Below, one piece after another: positions 40,938 through 50,990 of a stretch of DNA of 63,298 nucleotides. Every line of letters begins with the position of its first letter. Position 1 is the first letter of the stretch. A program made the translations under genes and the position numbers. The notes below the pieces were generated by a model that worked only from the letters and a program-made list of their open reading frames with translations, did not search any database and was not told where the DNA came from. Source of the DNA: Nitrososphaeraceae archaeon (GTDB lineage Archaea > Thermoproteota > Nitrososphaeria > Nitrososphaerales > Nitrososphaeraceae); the NCBI GenBank assembly GCA_046261955.1, contig JBHENS010000001.1, positions 1 to 63,298 on the forward strand, in the 5' to 3' direction.

Positions 40938-42518
40938 ATGTCCTTCTCTCATGTTCAAAACTTTTCCTTGCGAAATGATGTACTAATAAATCTAGGAACG
41001 TTTCTTTCCAGAAGATGGTCTGGAAATAATAAGGCAATTATTTTAGTAGTAGAAGACAAGCCTCCCGCTACGAATCTAGAAAAAAATACCATCTCTATGC
41101 CATCATTAAGATATTATAACGGAACAGAATTCCAAAAATATCGTCAGTGGCGTGTTTCCTTGTGGTACGAATCGATGCGATTGACACACTCAACAAAAGC
41201 ACTAAGTAATGACCATGCTTTTGGATTTATTCTAAACTCAATAGAATTGAAGAGGGTAGAGGTATTAGGATTAAGAGAATGGAGAGGTATGGAAAACGAA
41301 GTAATCTTTAACGAAGGAATTTCATGGCTATCGCGTCCTTTATTGAATTCGTTATATGGTAAACATAAGGTTGTGGAGGCATTTTCTCAATACCTTATTA
41401 CTGGTTATGTCAAGGGTGAATTGTTCGGATCAGAAACAGACAGGGTACAGAGTGCAGTTAACATTGCCAGGGAATTAATTGATGAATCAATAGAAAAAAA
41501 CCACAGAACCGAATGGATAGAACGACAAATTCCCAAAATAATCAAGACCCTTCAAATCGATTCTCTTTTTACTATACCAATTGTTACCCTTAGAAGTAAA
41601 ATTGGATTATCAATGACAGAAAGAAATCTGCTAAAAGAAATAGAAAAGATGATAAAAATTCGAAACAAAGAAATGGAAAAATCCTTAAATGACATTATAG
41701 ATGGCGCCCAAATATTAAGAGAGTATGAAAGTCTTGTAAAGGAGAGTAAAAAAACAGACAATAAGGGTTACTCAGCAATGGAACAATTTGGATTGGAGGT
41801 TCCCGATAGCGTTGGTATAGATGAGAGCATAATTTATGATAACGATTTGATTACAAAGCTAAAATCAGTCATTAGATCTTGGAAAAGAGGATGGAGAGAA
41901 ATACATGATATGACGGGAGATGAGATAGATATAGAATCCATAATCGAATCCCAGCCAAAGCCATTTCTCACGGATTTCAAAAATACGATAAATACCAAAA
42001 TTGTACTATTGTTAGATCATTCTAGTAGCATAGATGAATACGAACTGGAGTACAAGAAGGCCACGGTTGCCCTTTGTGAAGCTTTAAAATTTTTGAATGT
42101 GAAATTTTCTGCTTACGCGTTTAGTACTAAAAACAAAAAAGTAACATGTTGGGTTATAAAGCATCCAGATGTGAAATGGACTTCTATAAACGCACGTAAT
42201 TTGGTTCAAATTAAAGCAAGCGGAGGGACACCACTAGCAGAAATTTACAATTTGTTGTTACCGTTGATGAAAACATACAAACCAGATATAATGATAACTT
42301 TAACCGATGGTGAACCTGCTGACTATAATGCTGTACGCTCTACAATTAAAACCTACAAGTTGAATGGAATTCACATGGTTGCTGTTGGTATGGGAAAAAC
42401 TGTAAACAATGCCATCAATATTGGTTTGAATTTGAAATACCTAGAATATGAAAGGACTTTGGTTGTTAGTCAACTTGATGAAATACCAAAGAGAGTCCTG
42501 TCACTTTTACAGGTTTAA
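40938..42518 (+). CDS. NorD/CbbO-like vWA domain protein
   Basis: C-terminal DHSSS, GGTPL, TDGEP MIDAS; GDEIDIE motif before the vWA domain. Confidence 0.82.
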   Translation: MSFSHVQNFSLRNDVLINLGTFLSRRWSGNNKAIILVVEDKPPATNLEKNTISMPSLRYYNGTEFQKYRQWRVSLWYESMRLTHSTKALSNDHAFGFILNSIELKRVEVLGLREWRGMENEVIFNEGISWLSRPLLNSLYGKHKVVEAFSQYLITGYVKGELFGSETDRVQSAVNIARELIDESIEKNHRTEWIERQIPKIIKTLQIDSLFTIPIVTLRSKIGLSMTERNLLKEIEKMIKIRNKEMEKSLNDIIDGAQILREYESLVKESKKTDNKGYSAMEQFGLEVPDSVGIDESIIYDNDLITKLKSVIRSWKRGWREIHDMTGDEIDIESIIESQPKPFLTDFKNTINTKIVLLLDHSSSIDEYELEYKKATVALCEALKFLNVKFSAYAFSTKNKKVTCWVIKHPDVKWTSINARNLVQIKASGGTPLAEIYNLLLPLMKTYKPDIMITLTDGEPADYNAVRSTIKTYKLNGIHMVAVGMGKTVNNAINIGLNLKYLEYERTLVVSQLDEIPKRVLSLLQV

Positions 42519-42567
42519 GAAGCTCGTGTCACGATTTTCCTATTAATTCTAATTCCGAGAACTAAGT

Positions 42568-43230
42568 TTATATCGTATATTTGTGTTCTTTCTTAACTTT
42601 TTCCCAATCTGAAAGAAAAAGTGATAAGCCCTTATCAGTTAGAGGATGTGTTAGCATTTTACCCAATATATCCGGTGGGAGAGTTACAATGTGTGCGCCC
42701 AACTTGCCAGCCTCAATGACGTGAATGGGATGTCTCACACTAGCAACCAAAACTTCCGATTGATAGCCATAATTGCCAAAGATCTGAACTATTTCCTTAA
42801 TTACTGTCATTCCTTCTTGACCAGCATCATCCAGTCTTCCGATAAAAGGACTAACATATGATGCTCCAGCCTTTGCAGCCAGCAATGCTTGATTTGATGA
42901 AAAGATCAAAGTTACATTTGTCTTGATCTTATTCTCACCAAGTTTTCTTACTGCCTTTAATCCATCCATGGTCATGGGAACCTTCACAATAACGTTTTCA
43001 CCAAATTTTTTTAATCGCAATCCCTCCTCAACCATATCCTGAGTTTTTGTTCCGACAACTTCCAAATTTACAGGACCCTTTACAATTTTTACTATCTCTC
43101 GCATTATGTCTTCAGGATGTCCTTTTTCTCTAGAAATGAGTGTAGGGTTAGTTGTAATCCCATCTACTACACCCATATCGACAAATTTCTTTATGGATTC
43201 AATACTTGCAGTATCAAGAAAAATTTTCAT
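42568..43230 (-). CDS. tal: Transaldolase (short FSA/TalC type)
   Basis: IFLDTA, GITTNPTL, VKVP, YVSPFIGR; in the tkt operon. Confidence 0.92.
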   Translation of the reverse strand: MKIFLDTASIESIKKFVDMGVVDGITTNPTLISREKGHPEDIMREIVKIVKGPVNLEVVGTKTQDMVEEGLRLKKFGENVIVKVPMTMDGLKAVRKLGENKIKTNVTLIFSSNQALLAAKAGASYVSPFIGRLDDAGQEGMTVIKEIVQIFGNYGYQSEVLVASVRHPIHVIEAGKLGAHIVTLPPDILGKMLTHPLTDKGLSLFLSDWEKVKKEHKYTI

Positions 43231-44201
43231 TTTTTTATTCGTTTCCTAGATTTAAGAACAGATTCTATAATATGATCCGAACTCAAGCCATATTTGCTTA
43301 GGAGTGATTCTATTTCCGTTTCTCTAGCTGACTCTCCAAAAATATCTCCTACACCCATTCTGTTTACAGGAACAGGATGATTTTCAGCGGTCACTTCGCA
43401 AACAGCGCTTCCTAGTCCTCCTATAATACTATGTTCTTCAATAGTAACAATTGCACCAGTATCTACTGCCGCATGATATACAGCATCAACATCGATTGGT
43501 TTTATAGAGTACATATCTATCACTCTGCACGAGACTGTATATTCTTTTTCAAGTGTTTGTGCTGCATCGATAGCTTTTGATACCATAAGACCGCATGCAA
43601 TCAATGTTATGTCGGAACCATCTCTAATAACGTTACTCTTACCAATATCAAATTGTTCAAAATTATCCTCATAAGTATTGGAATTTGAAGGACGTGCTAG
43701 GCGCATAAAAAAGGGTCCTGGGGTGTAACTTAGAAGTGGAATTAAATTTTTTACCGCTATAGAATCTGATGGAACAAGCACTCGCATATTTGGAATTGTT
43801 CTCATTGTAGAGATATCCTCAATCTGTTGATGAGAAGCACCATCAGGACCAACGGTAAGCCCAGCGTGTGATACTACTAACTTTACGTTCAGAAACGGAT
43901 AACAAATAGTATTTCTAATTTGATCAAGACATCTGCCGGGTAAGAATGCAGCATAGGTACTAGCAAAAACCACTTTACCTGCAATTGCCAATCCAGCAGC
44001 GATTGAAACAAGATTTGCTTCTGCAATCCCAACATTGTATAACCTATTGGGGAATTTGTCACCAAAGAGCTTTGTTTTGAGTGAATCAGTGGTATCTGCT
44101 CCGACACAAACAATGTTAGAATCCTTTGATCCTAGTTCGACTAATGTATTTCCGTATGCGGTTCTCATATCAGAAATAATGTTTTTATCACTTAATTGCA
44201 T
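43227..44201 (-). CDS. tkt: Transketolase, pyrimidine-binding/C-terminal subunit
   Basis: NVGIAEAN, DGASHQ, EEHSIIGGLG; GAGGAGG precedes ATG 44201. Confidence 0.93.
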   Translation of the reverse strand: MQLSDKNIISDMRTAYGNTLVELGSKDSNIVCVGADTTDSLKTKLFGDKFPNRLYNVGIAEANLVSIAAGLAIAGKVVFASTYAAFLPGRCLDQIRNTICYPFLNVKLVVSHAGLTVGPDGASHQQIEDISTMRTIPNMRVLVPSDSIAVKNLIPLLSYTPGPFFMRLARPSNSNTYEDNFEQFDIGKSNVIRDGSDITLIACGLMVSKAIDAAQTLEKEYTVSCRVIDMYSIKPIDVDAVYHAAVDTGAIVTIEEHSIIGGLGSAVCEVTAENHPVPVNRMGVGDIFGESARETEIESLLSKYGLSSDHIIESVLKSRKRIKK

Positions 44202-45828
44202 GGAGGTCCTCCTCAATGCCAAGTTCTCTTGCCAAAGGTATAAGCATATTTTTACGAGATTTAATCCAATCAGATCTCATGTCATTTATTGTTGCCAATT
44301 CCAATAATTTTGTTTCAATTGCAACATTGGCTTTATGCCTCAGCTGGATAATATTCGAATTGATATCTGGTGAACCGTATACTGCATTACCAGCTACCAT
44401 AATTCTCGCCCCTGCGTCAAAAACTTGCTGAAGGGTTGTTGCATCAATACCTCCATCAGCTTCAATAAATCCCTTATAGTTGTTACTTTTCAGAGTCTTG
44501 ACTACTTCGGCCATTTTATCCAATGCTTCGGGAATAAATTTCTGGCCAGCAAAACCAGGATTCACTGACATTATTATCATAACATCTATGTTATCAAGGT
44601 GATCAATTATCCAGGACGGAAACTTAGTCCCCGGATTAATAGCCATACCAGGACTGATTCCAGCTTTTAGTAGCATTTTGTTAATTTCGACGAACTCTGA
44701 TTCATTGCAAGCTTCAACATGAACTGTAATAATATCACATCCTGCATCTATGTATTCTTTTACATGATTTATCGGCTTTTCAATCATCAAATGAGCATCA
44801 AAAGGAATACTTGAGATTTTTCTAAGATGTTTAATAGTGTCGGCAAAAAATGAAGTTGTCGGTACAAACTTGCCGTCCATTATATCCAAATGAATAAGAT
44901 CTGCACCTGCTCGCTCTGCTCTTCTTACCTTTTCTTCATAATTCTCGGGTTCACCTGCAATAATTGAAGGTGCAATCAAAATCTCGCTTTGAAGCTCTTC
45001 TAGCAAAATTGGAACGTGTTTTTTTGGAGGAGCTTTGCCGTGCCATTGTGGATTATTAGCCATATGCTTAATCCCTTTCCCCTTGGTAGTATTTGCAATA
45101 ATTATTGATGGTTTATTTTCTACCTTTTCAACTCTGCTCAGGGCGTCTATTATCTGCTCAATCTTATGACCATTTATCTCTACTACATTCCAATTGAATG
45201 CAGCCCATTTGTCTCTAACAGGATCCAGAGGCATAATCTCTTCCGTAAATCCATCTTGCTGGATCTTGTTCCTATCTAGGATAGCTACCAAGTTGTCTAA
45301 TTTGAATTTTGAGGCTGCCATGGCTGCTTCCCATATTTGTCCTTCATTTGATTCTCCATCTCCAATCAAAGTATAAACCCTATTTTTTTGTCCATCTCTC
45401 TTTTTTGCAAGTGCAATTCCAATTGAGACGGACAAGCCTATTCCCTCAGATCCACCTGAATATTCTATCCCAGGGAAACTGTGATTTTTCTGGCGTTCTG
45501 AATACCTTACTGGATGTCCTTGGAGTCGTGAACCAAGCTTTCTGAGTGTTTTTATCTCCTTTGTATCTATATATCCGGCAGCAGCTAAAACCGCATAAAA
45601 TCCTGGTGCAGAGTGTGCTTTAGAATTGACAAAATAATCCCTTCCTTCCCACAGAGGATCACTTGGTTTATGTTTCATTTTATGAAAATATAGAACACCC
45701 ATGATCTCAGCCGCTGAGAAAGATGCTCCTGGATGGCCTGAGCCTGCTTCTGCTATACCTTGAGTAGCCAGCTTCCTCACATCTCGTACTTTGCGATTGA
45801 GCTCAAGATATCTCATTTTCAGAGCCAT
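44188..45828 (-). CDS. rpe: Transketolase N-terminal subunit fused to ribulose-phosphate 3-epimerase
   Basis: SGHPG, GDGESNEGQ.WEA, WHGKAP, then IAPSI, HLDIMDG.FVP, DAHLM, MSVNPGFAGQ, DGG. Confidence 0.93.
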   Translation of the reverse strand: MALKMRYLELNRKVRDVRKLATQGIAEAGSGHPGASFSAAEIMGVLYFHKMKHKPSDPLWEGRDYFVNSKAHSAPGFYAVLAAAGYIDTKEIKTLRKLGSRLQGHPVRYSERQKNHSFPGIEYSGGSEGIGLSVSIGIALAKKRDGQKNRVYTLIGDGESNEGQIWEAAMAASKFKLDNLVAILDRNKIQQDGFTEEIMPLDPVRDKWAAFNWNVVEINGHKIEQIIDALSRVEKVENKPSIIIANTTKGKGIKHMANNPQWHGKAPPKKHVPILLEELQSEILIAPSIIAGEPENYEEKVRRAERAGADLIHLDIMDGKFVPTTSFFADTIKHLRKISSIPFDAHLMIEKPINHVKEYIDAGCDIITVHVEACNESEFVEINKMLLKAGISPGMAINPGTKFPSWIIDHLDNIDVMIIMSVNPGFAGQKFIPEALDKMAEVVKTLKSNNYKGFIEADGGIDATTLQQVFDAGARIMVAGNAVYGSPDINSNIIQLRHKANVAIETKLLELATINDMRSDWIKSRKNMLIPLARELGIEEDLHAIK

Positions 45829-46097
45829 TTAGATACCCCAAATAGAACCAAAGACCACCATCATTGGATATATGTTTTAATCAGAATGTACGATAAAAAC
45901 ATATGGAATTATGACTTTGAGATTTTTAAACTCATTCTCATCAACTTGATGAAACTCCCAGCAGTTCATTATGTAATTTCTGACAAAATGCACAACTAAG
46001 AAAAGGTAATATCAAGATAATTCAAGAAAATAATAGCTAAATAATTTGGAATACTTGAGGCACTTAGATTTATTAGAAATAAAAACCAATATTACAT

Positions 46098-47915
46098 ATG
46101 AGTGAATACGAGGATCTAAAAACTGGAGACATAGTGGCGGAGGCACTCATTGATTGGGGGGTTGATGTTGTTTTTGGCATACCGGGGGACAGCATTAACG
46201 GATTCATAGAAGCACTAAGAGTAAGGAAAGATAAAATAAAATTCGTCCTAGTAAGACATGAGGAATCTGCTGCCTTGATGGCCTGTGGATATGCAAAGTA
46301 TACTGGAAAACTTGGCGTATGCACGTCAATAGCAGGTCCTGGTGCAATCCATCTTCTGAACGGATTGTATGATGCTAAGGCGGATAACACACCGGTAATT
46401 GTAATTACAGGAGGAACATCTACTGATTTGATGAATTCAAGTTTTCAACAGGATGTAAACTTGATGAATCTCTTTTCTGATGTTTCAGTTTATAACTCTA
46501 TGATAGGGTCACCCCGACAAGCAGAAATGGCTGTAGACATAGCATGTAGAACTGCATATGTTCGTAAGGGGGTCAGTCATCTTAACATCCCTAATGATGT
46601 ACAGGAACAAAAGTTGGAGGGTCATTACTCAAGACACAAAGTTCCAGGGCATACTTCCGACATCTTTGTAACACCTACATCAGCTGATAAAAGATTAATC
46701 GAAAAAACTGCAGAAATTTTGAACAATGGGAAAAAAATTGTGATCCTAGTTGGTCAAGGTGCATTGAATGCCTCAGAAGAAGTAATAGATGTAGCGCAGA
46801 AGCTGAACGCCCCCATCATAAAGGCAATGTTAGGGAAGGCCGTTGTTCCCGATGATCATCCTCACAGCTTGGGTGGAATTGGTTTCTTGGGAACAGAACC
46901 TTCAAGCGATGCTATGGCTGAAAGTGATACGTTATTCATGGTAGGAACATCTTTTCCTTATATAGAATATCTTCCAAGACCAGGACAGGCTACGGGTATT
47001 CAAATTGACATTAAACCCGAAAAGATTGGATTAAGATATCCAGTCAAAATTGGCTTAATAGGCGATTCCAAACAAGTGTTATCGGATCTTATTCCGTTAC
47101 TCCATGATAAAAGGACAGATAAGCAAGACAACGATACAAGTGCAAAATTTCTAAAGTCAAAACAATATGCCATGAAGAAATGGAATGATATAATAAAAGA
47201 ACAGAGTAGTCGAGTAGATGAACCCATAAAACCACAAGTGGTCGCTGCTGCAGTATCAAACGAATTAGACGATAAAGCGATAATATCAGTTGATAGCGGA
47301 ATCAATACGTGTTGGGCTGCTAGATTCTTAAACCTAAAAAATGGTATGAAATTTTCCGGATCTGGATCTCTCGCGACTATGGGATGCGCAGTACCATATG
47401 CTATCGCAGCCAAGATTGCATATCCAGACAGACAGAGTGTTGCATTTGTAGGAGATGGAGGATTCACAATGCTAATGAGCGAATTCGCAACAGCAGTTCA
47501 ATATAATCTTCCTATTAAAGTGATAATATTGAATAACAAAATCTTGGGAATGATAAGATGGGAGCAAATGGCTTTTCTTGGAAACCCAGAATATGGGATA
47601 GAATTTTCACAAATAGATTTTGTCAAAATTGCCGAAGCCTGTGGTGGGAAGGGATTTTCAATATCAAAAATTAAAGAGGTAGAACCAGTCATTCATGAAG
47701 CTATGAGGGAAAACAAGGTACCTGTTATAGTAGATGCTCATGTAGATCCCTTTGAGGCACCCTTACCTCCAAAAATAAGTATGGAATTTGTTACGAATAT
47801 TGCAAAGGCATTTACAAAAGGACAACCATATGCAAAAGAAATTGGACTCACATTATCCCTTGATCAATTACATGAAAAATTAAGGGGCCTGCATTCACAT
47901 AAGCAAGAAAACTAG
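46098..47915 (+). CDS. ThDP/FAD-dependent pyruvate oxidase/dehydrogenase (PoxB-like)
   Basis: GIPGDSIN, VRHEE, GPGAIHLLNGLYDA, GDGG...NN. Confidence 0.83.
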   Translation: MSEYEDLKTGDIVAEALIDWGVDVVFGIPGDSINGFIEALRVRKDKIKFVLVRHEESAALMACGYAKYTGKLGVCTSIAGPGAIHLLNGLYDAKADNTPVIVITGGTSTDLMNSSFQQDVNLMNLFSDVSVYNSMIGSPRQAEMAVDIACRTAYVRKGVSHLNIPNDVQEQKLEGHYSRHKVPGHTSDIFVTPTSADKRLIEKTAEILNNGKKIVILVGQGALNASEEVIDVAQKLNAPIIKAMLGKAVVPDDHPHSLGGIGFLGTEPSSDAMAESDTLFMVGTSFPYIEYLPRPGQATGIQIDIKPEKIGLRYPVKIGLIGDSKQVLSDLIPLLHDKRTDKQDNDTSAKFLKSKQYAMKKWNDIIKEQSSRVDEPIKPQVVAAAVSNELDDKAIISVDSGINTCWAARFLNLKNGMKFSGSGSLATMGCAVPYAIAAKIAYPDRQSVAFVGDGGFTMLMSEFATAVQYNLPIKVIILNNKILGMIRWEQMAFLGNPEYGIEFSQIDFVKIAEACGGKGFSISKIKEVEPVIHEAMRENKVPVIVDAHVDPFEAPLPPKISMEFVTNIAKAFTKGQPYAKEIGLTLSLDQLHEKLRGLHSHKQEN

Positions 47916-48051
47916 TAGTTTACTAATGAGTCAAGTTCATAAGTACATCTGTATAGTTGGTTAAGAAATTATGTTAGAATTTCTCGTCACAAATATTGAA
48001 TTATGAGTGAACAATCCTACTTGTGAAATCATGATATTAATGCTATATTGA

Positions 48052-48125
48052 AGCCTTGGCCGGGATTTGGACCCGGGACCTTTGCCTTACCAAGGCAACG
48101 CTCTACCAGGCTGAGCTACCAAGGC
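48052..48125 (-). tRNA. tRNA-Thr(GGU)
   Basis: Reverse complement: GCCTTGG/CCAAGGC acceptor, TTGCC-TT-GGT-AA-GGCAA anticodon arm, CCGGG-TCCAAAT-CCCGG T arm. Confidence 0.93.
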
Positions 48126-48238
48126 ACCTTGAAATCAAGACATACAACAAAACTAGGGTTTCATTAAGATATCTAATCGCAAGTATTACTATCTATAACG
48201 TTTAATTACCATCTATTTATCAAATCTGATTGGTTCAT

Positions 48239-48356
48239 GCGGGGGTTGTAGAGCCTGGCCAAATAATAAAAAAATTTGGAAACGCAGGACTTAAGATCTT
48301 ATAAATTGGGGATCCTGTCCTTTAGGGGTTCGTGGGTTCGAATCCCACCTCCCGCA
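48239..48356 (+). tRNA. tRNA-Leu(UAA) with two introns (D-arm 48265-48281; anticodon loop 48296-48311)
   Basis: GCGGGGG/CTCCCGC+A acceptor, CAGGA-CT-TAA-G|A-TCCTG; removing 17 nt restores D arm GTAG-AGCCTGGCCAA-ATAC. Confidence 0.88.
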
Positions 48357-48680
48357 TTCATGTAATGATGTTTTCATTAGCATTCATGAAGAGTTGATTT
48401 ATTTTTCTATTAAATTGAATTTGCCAATTCATTTTCAGGAAATCGACTATAGTTATTTGAATGAACAACCAGAATCTTATTGATATCCATAAAAAGAACA
48501 TGCCTCGTTTTTATTAACGATAATTATTGATAACCAAATGCAGAGTAAGATAGTTACATAATATATTCGAACTCTGATTCTAACGCGCAGAACACAGTTT
48601 GAATATCCTTTTCTTTCTAGCACTACAAATGCCGATGGAAATTATGAATAATTAAATATGAAAAAAAGTACCACTAACCT

Positions 48681-50972
48681 ATGGAGACAAGAGATTCTTT
48701 GGACATTATTTCTACAACTTATGGAAGGCTAAGAGACAATGTTGTCAAGTATCAAAAGATCCTGGGTAGGGCTCTCACTGCGTCAGAAAAGATTCTTGTT
48801 GGCCATGTTCATAGTCCAGATATAAATAAAGAAATTAGATCAGGATTAGATTACGTCTTTCTCGATCCAGATAGAGTCGCACTACAGGATGTGACCGGTC
48901 AAATGACACTATTACAATTCATGCAATCAGGGCTGAGAAGAGTAGTTGTTCCAACGACTGTTCATTGCGATCACCTAATTCAAGCAAGGACTGGTGGCGA
49001 ATCTGATACTAATCTAGCTCTTTACGAAAATAATGAGGTATACAAATTTCTCGAATCAGCTTCAAGAAAATATGGAATTGGATTCTGGAAGCCTGGTTCC
49101 GGTATAATTCATCAAGTCGTCCTTGAAAATTATGCATTTCCAGGAGGGTTGCTCATAGGGACTGATTCACATACACCTAATGCAGGGGGGCTTGGGATGA
49201 TTGCAATAGGTGTGGGTGGTCTCGATGCAGCGGAAGTGATGTCAGGAATGACATGGGAGCTCTTATACCCAAAGCGCATAGGTGTGTTTCTGACTGGAAA
49301 ACTAAATGGATGGACGTCATCAAAGGATATTATCCTTTATGTTGCCTCCAAACTTACAGTTTATGGAGGAACGAATGCCATAATAGAATATTTTGGTCCT
49401 GGAGCAAGGACCATTAGCTGTACTGGAAAGGCGACCATTACTAACATGGGAGCAGAAATTGGTGCGACATGCTCAATATTCTCTTATGATGAAAAGATGG
49501 AAACCTATCTTCGCGCTACAAGACGTGAGGGAATAACTGATCTAGCAAACAAGCACAGAGATTTTTTTACACTAGACAGAGAGATAGAAGAAGAAATTAC
49601 AAAAGATAGAGAAAAAGCTCTTGACTATTTTGATCAATTGATTGAGATAGACCTTTCAAACCTTGAACCATATATAGTGGGTCCCCATACACCTGACTTA
49701 GCAAGACCCATATCGAAAATGGCAAGCGATATTGAAAAGAATAGTTATTTAGATATGATTTCTGTCGCATTAATTGGAAGTTGTACAAATTCTTCGTATG
49801 AGGATATGTCAAGGGCATCTGATATTGCTGTTCAAGCCAAGTTGAAGGGAGTGAAAGTAAAGGTTCCTCTTCAGGTTACACCAGGGTCTGAGATGATTCG
49901 GGGTACAATAGATAGAGATGGACAGATGAAAGCGCTAAAGGAGATTGGAGCAAATGTACTTGCAAACGCATGTGGTCCCTGCATAGGACAGTGGAATAGA
50001 CCCGAGCTGAAGAAAGGAGTACCCAACACAATTGTAACATCATACAACAGGAATTTTCCGGGTCGTAATGATGGAAGTAGAGAAACGATGAACTTTATTG
50101 GCAGTCCAGAATTGGTAATTGCATTAGCTTTAGGTGGCAGGCTTTCATTCAATCCCTTAATTGATGAACTCACCGCCAACGATGGAACTAAATTCAAACT
50201 GAATCCACCCAAAGCTGCACCAGAAATCCCATCTAATGGTTTTGTATATAATCAAGACGTATACATTCCTCCTACTCAAGAGTATCAAAATGTGCAAGTA
50301 CTAATTGACCCAAATAGTTCCAGACTCCAAAAACTCGAACCATTCTCTCAGTGGGATAAAAAGGATTTTGAAAGGGTACCAATTCTGGTTAAGATTAACG
50401 GCAAGTGCACCACTGATCATATCTCACCAGCTGGTCCGTGGTTAATGTACAGAGGTCATCTAGACAAGTTAAGTGATAATCTTCTGCTTGGTGCCGTTAA
50501 TGCCTTTCATCAAGATCAGGTGGGAAAAGGTAAGAACACATTGAATCAAGAGATAGAATTGTTGCCCAAGATAGCCCGTGAATACAAGTCAAGAAGAATA
50601 AGATGGGTAATAATTGGAGATAATAACTACGGAGAAGGGAGCAGTAGAGAGCACGCGGCAATGACTCCACGCTACCTTGGCTGTTGTGCGGTCATTGCAA
50701 AGAGCTTTGCAAGGATACATGAGACAAACTTGAAAAAACAAGGAATACTAGCTCTTACATTCGTAGACCCTGCAGACTATGACAAGGTACTAGAGGATGA
50801 CAGGCTAAGCATATTAGACCTTAAAAGTTTCCTGGAGGGTAAATATCTTAGAGGTATTATACACCACAGTAACAGTACTAATGATGAAATTATGTTAAGG
50901 CATTCATACAACTCATCTCAAATAGAATGGTTCAAAGCTGGTTCTGCACTTAATTTATTGCGCACCAAATAA
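48681..50972 (+). CDS. acnA: Aconitate hydratase (mitochondrial-like type)
   Basis: DRVALQD, HCDH, DSHT, GSCTN, CGPCIGQW, GSSREHA. Confidence 0.95.
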   Translation: METRDSLDIISTTYGRLRDNVVKYQKILGRALTASEKILVGHVHSPDINKEIRSGLDYVFLDPDRVALQDVTGQMTLLQFMQSGLRRVVVPTTVHCDHLIQARTGGESDTNLALYENNEVYKFLESASRKYGIGFWKPGSGIIHQVVLENYAFPGGLLIGTDSHTPNAGGLGMIAIGVGGLDAAEVMSGMTWELLYPKRIGVFLTGKLNGWTSSKDIILYVASKLTVYGGTNAIIEYFGPGARTISCTGKATITNMGAEIGATCSIFSYDEKMETYLRATRREGITDLANKHRDFFTLDREIEEEITKDREKALDYFDQLIEIDLSNLEPYIVGPHTPDLARPISKMASDIEKNSYLDMISVALIGSCTNSSYEDMSRASDIAVQAKLKGVKVKVPLQVTPGSEMIRGTIDRDGQMKALKEIGANVLANACGPCIGQWNRPELKKGVPNTIVTSYNRNFPGRNDGSRETMNFIGSPELVIALALGGRLSFNPLIDELTANDGTKFKLNPPKAAPEIPSNGFVYNQDVYIPPTQEYQNVQVLIDPNSSRLQKLEPFSQWDKKDFERVPILVKINGKCTTDHISPAGPWLMYRGHLDKLSDNLLLGAVNAFHQDQVGKGKNTLNQEIELLPKIAREYKSRRIRWVIIGDNNYGEGSSREHAAMTPRYLGCCAVIAKSFARIHETNLKKQGILALTFVDPADYDKVLEDDRLSILDLKSFLEGKYLRGIIHHSNSTNDEIMLRHSYNSSQIEWFKAGSALNLLRTK

Positions 50973-50990
50973 TTATTGTTACCAAAATTG

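Noticed and set aside
45829-48680. Integrated element at the tRNA-Thr/Leu pair
   Set aside because: No integrase, transposase or duplicated tRNA 3' end found.
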